Assembly (NCBI GenBank): GCA_020429915.1
Contig: JAGQKV010000016.1
Location: forward strand, 69,137-133,136
Reading direction: 5' to 3'
Source: Candidatus Omnitrophota bacterium
GTDB lineage: Bacteria > Omnitrophota > Gorgyraeia > Zapsychrales > Zapsychraceae
DNA length: 64,000 bases
Under the pieces are notes generated by a model. The model was not told the DNA's origin, searched no databases, and saw only the letters and a program-made list of their open reading frames with translations. Of the stretch, positions 1 to 8,099 are shown in pieces. Position 1 is the first letter of the stretch, and every line of letters starts with the position of its first letter. A program made the translations under genes and the position numbers.

Positions 1-1014
1 CGCGGCGCGGGGCGCCTTTTGGCGGACGAGCTGTGCACGAATTTCGCGTAGCGCGCGCAACACGTACCCCGCGTCCGTGTAGCCGGGTTTGACTTTCTTG
101 AGCAGATCCTCGATGCGCCGGCGGATGCGCTCGTCCACGTGAAAAGGGCTGTGCAGGTCGTCGGGCTGAAAGTCTTCGGCCGAGACCCCGGTCGCGTGGG
201 AAAGTTCGGCCAGCAAATGCGTCAGTTGCGCGCGGACGAGTTTGACGGCCAGCTCATGCTGCAGGCGCGCGGCCTTTAGGCTGATCGCCGGGGTTACGAA
301 CGGATTGCCGTCCCGGTCGCCGCCGACCCAGCTGCCGAAGCGCAGAAAGGTGCGTTTCAGTTTGATGTCCGGGTAAGCGCGGGCGAGTTCCTTTTCGAAG
401 AGCCGCATGAAATCGGCGACGCTTTGAAAGATCGTGCGCTCGAAATAAAACAGGCAGTTCTGGACCTCATTGAGCGGGGACATCCGTCGGTCGCGGATCT
501 CGCGGGTCTGCCACAGCGCCTCGAGGATTTCGTCGATATTTTCCAGTTCTTCATCGAGACGCATGATTTGCATCTTGCTGGTGCGGCGTTTGCTCTCCGT
601 CGGGTGAGCTGTGAGCACCGGTTCGATCTCCATCTGTGCCAGGCATTGTTCAACCCGTTCGGCCGTGACGCCGGAGCGCTTCAGGTTGGCGAACAGGTCG
701 CGTAGCGAATGCCGCAGGTCGGCGCGGGCCACGATATTGCGGCGTCGGGCGCGTTCCTCGCACAGGTTCAACAGTTGAAAGAAGAGATTGAAGGCGTGGA
801 CGACCGCGTAGATTTCTTCGGGGTCCATCTCAACGAATAGCCGGCGTTTTTCCGCGATGTCTTTTTGGCGGTGATGGCGGCGCACAGCCACCGACGCGGC
901 CAGGATTTTGTCGAAGGTTTGGTAGACCTCATCGCCGGCCTGTTCGCGGATGATCATGCGCAGCCGTTCGTTGATCAGTTTGAATTCCCGGTTAAGGATC
1001 TCGCCGCGCGCCAT
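1..1014 (-). CDS. ppc: Phosphoenolpyruvate carboxylase, N-terminal 338 codons; the C-terminus runs off the left window edge
   Basis: Reverse-strand translation begins MARGEILNREFKLINERL at 1014. It contains PVLTAHPTE at about residue 135 and FGSWVGGDRDGNPF at about residue 230, both hallmark PEPC motifs. The frame stays open to position 1. It was not in the ORF track because there is no in-window stop. Confidence 0.85.
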   Translation of the reverse strand, partial: MARGEILNREFKLINERLRMIIREQAGDEVYQTFDKILAASVAVRRHHRQKDIAEKRRLFVEMDPEEIYAVVHAFNLFFQLLNLCEERARRRNIVARADLRHSLRDLFANLKRSGVTAERVEQCLAQMEIEPVLTAHPTESKRRTSKMQIMRLDEELENIDEILEALWQTREIRDRRMSPLNEVQNCLFYFERTIFQSVADFMRLFEKELARAYPDIKLKRTFLRFGSWVGGDRDGNPFVTPAISLKAARLQHELAVKLVRAQLTHLLAELSHATGVSAEDFQPDDLHSPFHVDERIRRRIEDLLKKVKPGYTDAGYVLRALREIRAQLVRQKAPRAA

Positions 1015-2456
1015 TATTCTCCCTGGGCCTGGGAATAGCCCCGTTCTCCGTTAAAGGTGTAAAGATTTTCCGTTTTGATGATCTCGTAGCCGTGTCCGGT
1101 GAGCAGGGTCAGCAGGGTGATGATGTCCTTGTAACTGGCCTGCTGGCCGTTGGCCGGGACAAAACGGCAGCGCCAGTGGTCGGTGTTGAAGGTTTCGGGC
1201 AGACCTTGCGGGTAAACCTTGACCCCGCGGTTGGTGATCATCGTCAGCTTCCACAACGGGCTCTGCGCTTCTTCCAGCCCTTTGCCGAGGACGTCGGCGT
1301 CGCGGCCGTGATCGGACCAGTCCAGAAAGATGTCCACGCCGACGAGATCTTTGGCAGCCGGTTCCTGGGAAGGCGGGGTGATCGTAATCTTGCCTCCGTG
1401 ATAATGCACGGGTGTCAATGTTTGCGGTTCTTCGCCGAGGCGGTCGATGATCGCATTCGTAAAGTCCGTGGTACCGACCTCGCGCTGGCTCAAGCCTTCA
1501 CGATAAACATCCGCGGGATGGATCCCGCTTTCCAGCGTCGACAACCACGCGTTGTTGATGAGCTCCGCGGTCTTCGCTTCCCCGAGGTGCACAAGCATCT
1601 GGATCGCCGAGATCAGTAATCCCGAGGGATTGGCGATGTCCTTGCCGGCGATGTCGGGCGCCGAGCCGTGCACCGCCTCGAACATCGCCATGTCCGTGCC
1701 GACGTTGGCCGAACCGGCCAGCCCGACCGATCCGCTGACCTGCGCGGCGATATCGGAGAGGATGTCGCCGTAGAGATTCAGCGTGACGATCACGTCGAAG
1801 CGCTCCGGCTGGGCGGCCAGCCGCGCGGCACCGATGTCGATGATCTGATGGTCGCTTTGAATGTCCGGATATTGGGCCGCGATCCGTTCGAAGACGCGGT
1901 GGAAGCGCCCGTCGGTGATCTTCATGATGTTATCCTTGGTCATGCACGTGACGCGTTTGCGGCCATAGAGCCGGGCATATTCAAAGGCGTAACGGATGAT
2001 CCGTTCGGACCCGGGACGGCTGATCAGCTTAAGGACTTGTGTGACCTCATCGGTCTGCCGGTGTTCGATGCCTGTATAGAGATCTTCTTCGTTCTCGCGG
2101 ATGATCACCATATTGATCCCGGGGTGAGGGGAGGCCACGAACGGCGCGTAGGATTTCACCGGCCGCACGTTGGCGAACAGATTGAGCGTCGTGCGGATGG
2201 TTACGTTGAGGCTCTTGTACCCGCCGCCCAGCGGCGTGGTGATGGGGGCCTTTAAGAGGACCTTGTTCCGGCGGATGATGTCCCAGGATTCGGGCCCGAT
2301 GCCGGTGGTCTCGCCGCTTTTGTACAGGTTTTCACCGATGGGGATTTCGTCGTATTCGATCGGTGCCTTGGCGGCCTTGAGGATGCGCAGGGTGGCGTCC
2401 ATGATTTCCGGGCCGATCCCGTCGCCGTGCGCCACGGTAATGCGTTTGAGTGCCAT
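1014..2456 (-). CDS. icd: Isocitrate dehydrogenase (beta-decarboxylating dehydrogenase family) with a ~135-aa C-terminal extension of unknown function
   Basis: 480 aa. Motifs GDGIGPEI, GGGYKSLNVTIR..NLFANVRP, TKDNIMKITDGRF and NLYGDILSD. The stop TAA overlaps the ppc ATG by 1 nt (TAATG). Confidence 0.8.
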   Translation of the reverse strand: MALKRITVAHGDGIGPEIMDATLRILKAAKAPIEYDEIPIGENLYKSGETTGIGPESWDIIRRNKVLLKAPITTPLGGGYKSLNVTIRTTLNLFANVRPVKSYAPFVASPHPGINMVIIRENEEDLYTGIEHRQTDEVTQVLKLISRPGSERIIRYAFEYARLYGRKRVTCMTKDNIMKITDGRFHRVFERIAAQYPDIQSDHQIIDIGAARLAAQPERFDVIVTLNLYGDILSDIAAQVSGSVGLAGSANVGTDMAMFEAVHGSAPDIAGKDIANPSGLLISAIQMLVHLGEAKTAELINNAWLSTLESGIHPADVYREGLSQREVGTTDFTNAIIDRLGEEPQTLTPVHYHGGKITITPPSQEPAAKDLVGVDIFLDWSDHGRDADVLGKGLEEAQSPLWKLTMITNRGVKVYPQGLPETFNTDHWRCRFVPANGQQASYKDIITLLTLLTGHGYEIIKTENLYTFNGERGYSQAQGE

Positions 2457-2723
2457 ATCTAACCTCCTGAAGTTGCGCTGCCGTTACCCGCGCTATCCCC
2501 GCCACGGCTGTCTAAACGAATTTGATTCAGGGTACAGAATAAGGGATTCGCGGGTGTTTGTAAAATAGATTATTCCTCCGGGCAAGACGGCGAGAGCCCA
2601 AAGGCGCGCCGGCAGGCGGTTGTCAATACCTGCATTCCCGAGTTTCCCGGATTCTCTGTTTGTGCTAGGATATAGTCACATATCGAAAACCAACTCAGGC
2701 GCAATCGGAAGGCCTTTCGGGGG

Positions 2724-3206
2724 ATGGACCGTTCGATGAAACTGATCATCGTATTTCTCATCTTTCTGACTATCATATTTTTCCTTGTCCGTTACAAGCC
2801 GCGGGTGGTATTGCCGGTCACTGTGACCGTCAATGAGGTCCCGCGGGTCTTCGCTAAACTTAAGGCGAACGGAGCCGACGGGGCATTCGCCACGTTTGCC
2901 TTTTTGCCGGACAACGCGCAGGGCGGCGAAGACGCGGTCAATATCCAGTTTTCCGTTGAAAACGGCCGTATCGGTCTCGACTGGGTCCTGGAGGGGCCTA
3001 CCAATATCCGTGACCAAGAGAAGATTAACGTTTTTATGCGCGGTGAGGGGTTTATGCCGGAGCGCCGCGAGGTCAACGATGTGGCGTACTGGCGGGTGGA
3101 GAAAGGCGATCTGGCCGCGCTCTGTCAGAAGATCATCCGCGAAGTCTATCACAAACCGTCGGACATGCCGCTGGAATTTATTTATGAGGGGTTTCGCTGG
3201 CCTTAA
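2724..3206 (+). CDS. Hypothetical membrane-anchored protein (N-terminal TM helix)
   Basis: 160-aa ORF with a hydrophobic N-terminus (LIIVFLIFLTIIFFLV). No recognisable domain. Confidence 0.45.
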   Translation: MDRSMKLIIVFLIFLTIIFFLVRYKPRVVLPVTVTVNEVPRVFAKLKANGADGAFATFAFLPDNAQGGEDAVNIQFSVENGRIGLDWVLEGPTNIRDQEKINVFMRGEGFMPERREVNDVAYWRVEKGDLAALCQKIIREVYHKPSDMPLEFIYEGFRWP

Positions 3207-3224
3207 GAGCAGCGGATAGCGTTT

Positions 3225-3293
3225 AGCGGTTAGTGAATAGAAAGGTAATAGTGAGTAGGTAATATGGGTGGCAGATTAAAAGTAACTAACCGC
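3225..3293 (+). repeat. Divergent copy of the GTGA(A/T)AG / GGTAATA tandem short-repeat element, enclosed in a 10-bp inverted repeat (agcggttagt ... actaaccgct)
   Basis: It sits directly 3' of the upstream stop. Related arrays occur at 25236, 31987, 42726 and 22800. Confidence 0.4.
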
Positions 3294-3372
3294 TGTTGAC
3301 TAACCACAAGATGTCACATCATGAACACTCGCCGCTAGTCGCTTGAGCATGGGGTGAGAATACGCGAATACC

Positions 3373-4002
3373 ATGGCAGACAACACCGCAAATGCCCTGC
3401 GCCGGATTTTTAATGCCGTCGAGACGATCTTTGACGGCGGCGGACTAAAGCAAGAACAGCGTTTTACCCGCTCGGCTTTGACCACCAGCGGTGCGTTGAC
3501 CCTCGGCGCGGTCTACGCGTTATGCCAAAACATTGCCCAGGACCTGGAGGCCCAGCCGCGTCTGACCATGGTCGCGGCCCCCGAAGGTACCGACCGTTTC
3601 GGCGCCGCCCGGCGCTGGGAGCTTTTTTTTCATTTGCCCAGGCAGCGCGCCACCCTGGAATGCGCCTGGATGATCTTCGAAGACGATCAGCAGGAGGCGC
3701 GCATCGACTGCGTGGTCCGGCCGTTCCCGCCCGCCGACAGTCCGCTGCGCAAGCTGGTTGAACAGGGTAAGCTCCTGCGCCGCCAGCTCCAGGGGATGTG
3801 GCGCGAGGAGCTCAGGAAACACCCGGCCCTGCCCAAACACTTCTATAACAGCGACGCCGCGCTCAACAAGTTCGTCCAGCAGGGACTCGACCCGGCCAAG
3901 GAAGAGTTCAGCCTGACGGCGAAGTACGACAACCGGGCGGCGTTATGGGTTTTGCAGACCCGGGATAAGACCTATCAAGTGCCGTTTGAATTGCAGATGT
4001 GA
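3373..4002 (+). CDS. Hypothetical protein
   Basis: 209-aa ORF at typical GC with no recognisable motifs. Confidence 0.45.
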   Translation: MADNTANALRRIFNAVETIFDGGGLKQEQRFTRSALTTSGALTLGAVYALCQNIAQDLEAQPRLTMVAAPEGTDRFGAARRWELFFHLPRQRATLECAWMIFEDDQQEARIDCVVRPFPPADSPLRKLVEQGKLLRRQLQGMWREELRKHPALPKHFYNSDAALNKFVQQGLDPAKEEFSLTAKYDNRAALWVLQTRDKTYQVPFELQM

Positions 4003-4023
4003 TTTGCCAGACTGCTCGAATTC

Positions 4024-4731
4024 GTGCGGGGATCAACTATGAAAGAGACAGACATGTACTCCCCTATCAAGAAACACCTCGAAAGGGACGGGTTCACCGT
4101 TCATTCCGAGGTGGAAGGGATTGATATCCTGGCGCAGAAGGGGGAGGAGATGATTGCCGTCGAGATGAAGATGGCGTTCAATCTCAAGCTCGTCTATCAG
4201 TTGATCGAACGGCGCAAGATCGTTGACAAGGTCTACGCGTATGTCCCGCTCGGCAAGGGCGGGCGCTGGCCCAAGGAATACAAGCGCATGTGCGGGCTGA
4301 TCAAGCGCCTTGAATGCGGGTTGATCACCCTCGATGTCCGCGGACGCAAAAAGACGGTCACTGTCGAATTCGACCCGGCCCCGTTCACCCACCGCAAGAA
4401 TTACGCCAAGAAGAAGATCGCGTTAAAAGAGTTCAACAGCCGCAGCATCGACCTGAACAGGGCCGGCAGCCGTAGCGAGCTGTTGTTCACCGCTTACAAG
4501 GAAAAGGCAATCCGCGTGGCGTTGTATCTCTATGAGAACGGCCGCGCCACGCCCAGGGACGTCGCCGAAACCCTCGGCATCGACAACGCGCAGCGAATCC
4601 TGCAAAGCAATTACCATTATTGGTTCGATCGCGTCGAACGCGGGATTTACCAGATCACTCCGGAGTTTGAAAAATTCCTGATGTCCAACCGCAAAAAGAT
4701 CGGCAAGTACGCGTTTTCACCGGATTTGTGA
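4024..4731 (+). CDS. Predicted PD-(D/E)XK nuclease-fold protein with a C-terminal wHTH-like domain (DUF2161-like)
   Basis: N-terminus HSEVEGIDILAQKGEEMIAVEMK gives a D...E.K catalytic-like triad. The C-terminal basic and helical region (RATPRDVAETLGI) resembles a wHTH. The family assignment is from memory. Confidence 0.45.
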   Translation: MRGSTMKETDMYSPIKKHLERDGFTVHSEVEGIDILAQKGEEMIAVEMKMAFNLKLVYQLIERRKIVDKVYAYVPLGKGGRWPKEYKRMCGLIKRLECGLITLDVRGRKKTVTVEFDPAPFTHRKNYAKKKIALKEFNSRSIDLNRAGSRSELLFTAYKEKAIRVALYLYENGRATPRDVAETLGIDNAQRILQSNYHYWFDRVERGIYQITPEFEKFLMSNRKKIGKYAFSPDL

Positions 4732-4743
4732 AATTCATACGTT

Positions 4744-5289
4744 GTGTGGTGGAGCAATCTATTGAAAATCGACCCGATTAAAATTCTGCTTACCGTCATA
4801 GCGATAGTATTGTTGATTATGGTCGGCTCGAATATCTACTACGATGAGGTAGTCCGGCCCAGCCGAATCCGTAAACTAAAAAACAGTGCCGATTCCTATT
4901 ATTTCGGCCGTATCGCCGATGTCATCGACCGGCAAACTTTGCGCCTGCAAGGCGGCCATACCCTCCGGTTGTTGGGTTGCCGGGTTCGGGACATCGAATG
5001 GTTTAAGAGTCTGAGACTGAAAGGCCAACCAGTCATGGTGGAATTGCCAGCCGTCGCTGAAAAGGGTGAAACAATGGCGGGCTACGTTTTTCTCTCTGTC
5101 GAAGCCCGAGGATTATTGGAGGATGCCGGCATGACCCCGGTTCGCCAATTCGGATCTATTATACCGAGTAAACTCCATGATATATTCTTAAATGCCACAC
5201 TTGTCCGTTCCGGTTTTGCAGATATTGATGATCTGCCTCCGGATTCGCCGTACCGAAACCTTTTCGAACCGCCTGGAACGGTGAGGTAG
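4744..5289 (+). CDS. Membrane-anchored SNase-like (thermonuclease OB-fold) protein, possibly catalytically degenerate
   Basis: N-terminal TM helix. GRIADVIDRQTLRL...TLRLLGCRVRD resembles the SNase DGDT/RLxGIDxPE core with substitutions. Confidence 0.4.
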   Translation: MWWSNLLKIDPIKILLTVIAIVLLIMVGSNIYYDEVVRPSRIRKLKNSADSYYFGRIADVIDRQTLRLQGGHTLRLLGCRVRDIEWFKSLRLKGQPVMVELPAVAEKGETMAGYVFLSVEARGLLEDAGMTPVRQFGSIIPSKLHDIFLNATLVRSGFADIDDLPPDSPYRNLFEPPGTVR

Positions 5290-5293
5290 GCGT

Positions 5294-5662
5294 GTGAAAT
5301 ATGTCGCATGGTTATATATCGCCGGTATCATCTTAACAATCTTTCTGGCTAACACCGACCGCTTGGGGCTGGCGGCGGGGATGATCCGTCGCGTTCCCTA
5401 CGACGATGCCGTCCTGCACGCGCTGTTGATGGGATTTTTGGCCGTGGCGGTGAATCAATTGCTCAACGGCCGCACGGTCCGGGCGGGACGGGTGACCGTG
5501 CTGCTCGGCACACTGCTAGTGGTCGCTTTTGTGATGATCGAGGAAGCGACCCAGCTGTTTATCGCCAGCCGCACCTTTTCCCTGATCGACCTCGGCGCGG
5601 ATTTTATCGGGATCGGTCTGGCGGGGATCATCCGGCGGAGAATTGGCAGACAGCAGGGGTAA
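5294..5662 (+). CDS. VanZ-like family membrane protein
   Basis: 122 aa with 3-4 TM helices and the EEATQLFIASRTFSLIDLGADFIGIGLG motif typical of VanZ. GTG start. Confidence 0.5.
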   Translation: MKYVAWLYIAGIILTIFLANTDRLGLAAGMIRRVPYDDAVLHALLMGFLAVAVNQLLNGRTVRAGRVTVLLGTLLVVAFVMIEEATQLFIASRTFSLIDLGADFIGIGLAGIIRRRIGRQQG

Positions 5663-5682
5663 TCGAAATTAACGGAGGCCAG

Positions 5683-6375
5683 GTGATGCGAACATATTTG
5701 TTCAGCGGACTGCTTTTCGCCGTGATGTTGCTGCCGGCGGCAGGTTGTGCCGATGGTTCGTGGGCGACGGCTGAGAAACGCTGGAAGGAATTTACGACCT
5801 ATCACTACGATATGGTGAAATACTTATATTACGAAGGAGACGAACCGCTCAGTTCCGCGATCGACCACAATCTCTACCGGCCGTTTCAACGCGAGAAAAA
5901 CCGGATTCTCAAGAAGTATCTTCCCGACACCCGTGTTTATCATCACTACCACACGCTCGTCCTGCGAAAGGACGGGACCATTCTCGATGTCCGTCAGCCC
6001 CGCGAGGACGGAGAGGATCTGGAATACCATTACCATCCCGACCGCGAGCGGGTCGACTTCGCCGATTTCGTGAGCCGGCAGCACTGGCAGGTTCACAATG
6101 AGCAGGATGCCTATGATATGGCGGAAATATATGACACCCTCAATTATTGGGGGGGCTTTCACCGTAGTAAGTACCGGAAATTCGAAGCCGAGGACATGGG
6201 CGACGGGACATGGCGCGTGGAGCGAATCTATGCCGCTCCGCCGTACGTGCAGCTGCCGCCGCCGAGTTACTATCTCGTCCATGTGGACCGGGACGGGTAC
6301 GTGACCGATATTACGGACCATATGGTGACGTTTAAGGACCAGTCGAATAACCATTTTAAGGACGCACTACCATGA
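5683..6375 (+). CDS. Hypothetical lipoprotein
   Basis: Signal peptide with lipobox LLPAAGC. The mature protein is His/Tyr-rich with no known domain. Confidence 0.5.
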   Translation: MMRTYLFSGLLFAVMLLPAAGCADGSWATAEKRWKEFTTYHYDMVKYLYYEGDEPLSSAIDHNLYRPFQREKNRILKKYLPDTRVYHHYHTLVLRKDGTILDVRQPREDGEDLEYHYHPDRERVDFADFVSRQHWQVHNEQDAYDMAEIYDTLNYWGGFHRSKYRKFEAEDMGDGTWRVERIYAAPPYVQLPPPSYYLVHVDRDGYVTDITDHMVTFKDQSNNHFKDALP

Positions 6376-7412
6376 CTGAGGAAGCCGGTATGAACGCGAA
6401 TCAGCTCACCCAACAATTGCTCCACCGCGTCAACGCCAGCTGGATCGCGCAGGCAGTCTACGCGGCGGTGGAACTGGGACTGCCCGAACGGCTGGCGCAC
6501 GGGCCGCGGGCGGTCGCGGACCTGGCCGGTGAATGTCATGTCCCGGTGTATACGCTTGAACGGCTGCTGCGCGCGCTGATCACGGTGGACGTGTTTGTAC
6601 AGAACCCCGACGGGACATTCGCGTTGACCGAAACAGGCCGGCGTTTATGCGCCGACCATCCCGAATCGATCCGGTCTTGGGTGATCTGGTGGACGTCCAA
6701 CCTTGCCTATGCCTGGGCGGAATTACTCTATAGCATACGTACCGGCAAAAGCGCGCGTACGCTGGTGCACGGTGTCGAAGGCTTTGAGCATCTCGATCAA
6801 AATCCCGAACAGGCGGCGGTTTTCAATCAGGCGCTGTTGGAGTTGACCCGGCTGACCGCCGTGTCGATCGCCGGGCATTACGACTTTTCTTCCTTTCGGT
6901 GCGTGATGGATGTCGGCGGCGGTTACGGTGAATTGCTGCGTGTCATCCTGCAGAATAATCCGCGGACGCGCGGGATCCTTTTCGACCGCGCCCACGCGCT
7001 GGGCGGCGCGTTGGAACGGTTTCAACAGGAAGGCCTCGCGGAGCGTTGCGAGTTTCTGGAAGGAAATTTCTTTGAAGAGGTCCCACCGGGTGCCGACGCC
7101 ATGGTGCTCAAAAGTATTATCCACGACTGGCCCGATGAGAAAGCCGCTCTTATCCTCGCGAACTGCCGCAAGGCCATGCCCGCCGCGGGAAAACTCCTGG
7201 TGATCGGCCGCATCATGCCGGCCAGACTGGAGTCGACCGACGAGCACCGCGATATGGTGCGCAGCGACCTGACCATGCTGGTTGCCCTGGGTGCAGGCGA
7301 ACGCAGTGAAGACCAATACCGTGTGTTGCTGGAGAATGCCGGCTTTGACGTCGGCCGTACAGTTTCCGTCGGTATGGGCCACAGTATGATTGAGGCGTCG
7401 CCGCGACCTTAA
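6372..7412 (+). CDS. Class I SAM-dependent O-methyltransferase (family 2, with N-terminal dimerisation domain)
   Basis: VMDVGGGYGELL (motif I) and LKSIIHDWPDEKA (plant/bacterial OMT signature). 346 aa. ATGA overlap with the upstream gene. Confidence 0.85.
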   Translation: MTEEAGMNANQLTQQLLHRVNASWIAQAVYAAVELGLPERLAHGPRAVADLAGECHVPVYTLERLLRALITVDVFVQNPDGTFALTETGRRLCADHPESIRSWVIWWTSNLAYAWAELLYSIRTGKSARTLVHGVEGFEHLDQNPEQAAVFNQALLELTRLTAVSIAGHYDFSSFRCVMDVGGGYGELLRVILQNNPRTRGILFDRAHALGGALERFQQEGLAERCEFLEGNFFEEVPPGADAMVLKSIIHDWPDEKAALILANCRKAMPAAGKLLVIGRIMPARLESTDEHRDMVRSDLTMLVALGAGERSEDQYRVLLENAGFDVGRTVSVGMGHSMIEASPRP

Positions 7413-8077
7413 AACTTTTGAGAAGAATTCCGGCAGGCCCAGGCCAGGGCCCGTTTGAGGAGGGTCGTCACCGGCGGAGTGTCCAAGACATCCACCGTGT
7501 GGCCGAGCGCGCAATAAAAGACGCGGCCGCGGCCCCATTTCTTCTTCCACGCCATCGGCATCGTGACGCCTTTCAGCCATCTCTGATCGCCACCGTGCAT
7601 CGGTGAGGCGGCCAGTACCTTCACAGCCGGGTCCACCAGCAGGTAGTACTGCTCGGAGCGGACCGTCACGTCCTTTAAACCCTTAACCAGCGGATCGTTA
7701 TTGAGAAAGCGGACCGGGTATTTGATGTGATTTCCGCCCGGATGCCCGACGAACTGACCGCCGAGCATGAACTTGTGAGGTCGACATTCCAGAAACGAAC
7801 TGGCGTTGCCGTGCCAGCCGACATATCCCAATCCCCCCGCCACAGCCTCGAGCAGCGCATTTTGCTGTTTGTCCGAGAGCTTACCGAAGGTCCAGATGGG
7901 CAACAGACACTCGAATCCGTCCAGATAGGGACGGCGCAGCGCGCGCAGGCTTTCGCTGCAGGTTACGTCATATTCCGTCAACAATTTGGTCAGGGCAAAA
8001 TCGGCGAAGCGTTTGGGGCTGTGTCCCCGCCAGCCGCCGTATAACAGCAGGATGCGTTTTTGTTTCGCGGCGGGCAT
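7409..8077 (-). CDS. ThuA-like (class I glutamine amidotransferase-like) protein
   Basis: ILLLYGGWRGHSP, GLGYVGWHG and GRVFYCALGH motifs characteristic of the ThuA family. Confidence 0.7.
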   Translation of the reverse strand: MPAAKQKRILLLYGGWRGHSPKRFADFALTKLLTEYDVTCSESLRALRRPYLDGFECLLPIWTFGKLSDKQQNALLEAVAGGLGYVGWHGNASSFLECRPHKFMLGGQFVGHPGGNHIKYPVRFLNNDPLVKGLKDVTVRSEQYYLLVDPAVKVLAASPMHGGDQRWLKGVTMPMAWKKKWGRGRVFYCALGHTVDVLDTPPVTTLLKRALAWACRNSSQKF

Positions 8078-8099
8078 GGCGGCGGTCTCCTCGGCGGAT

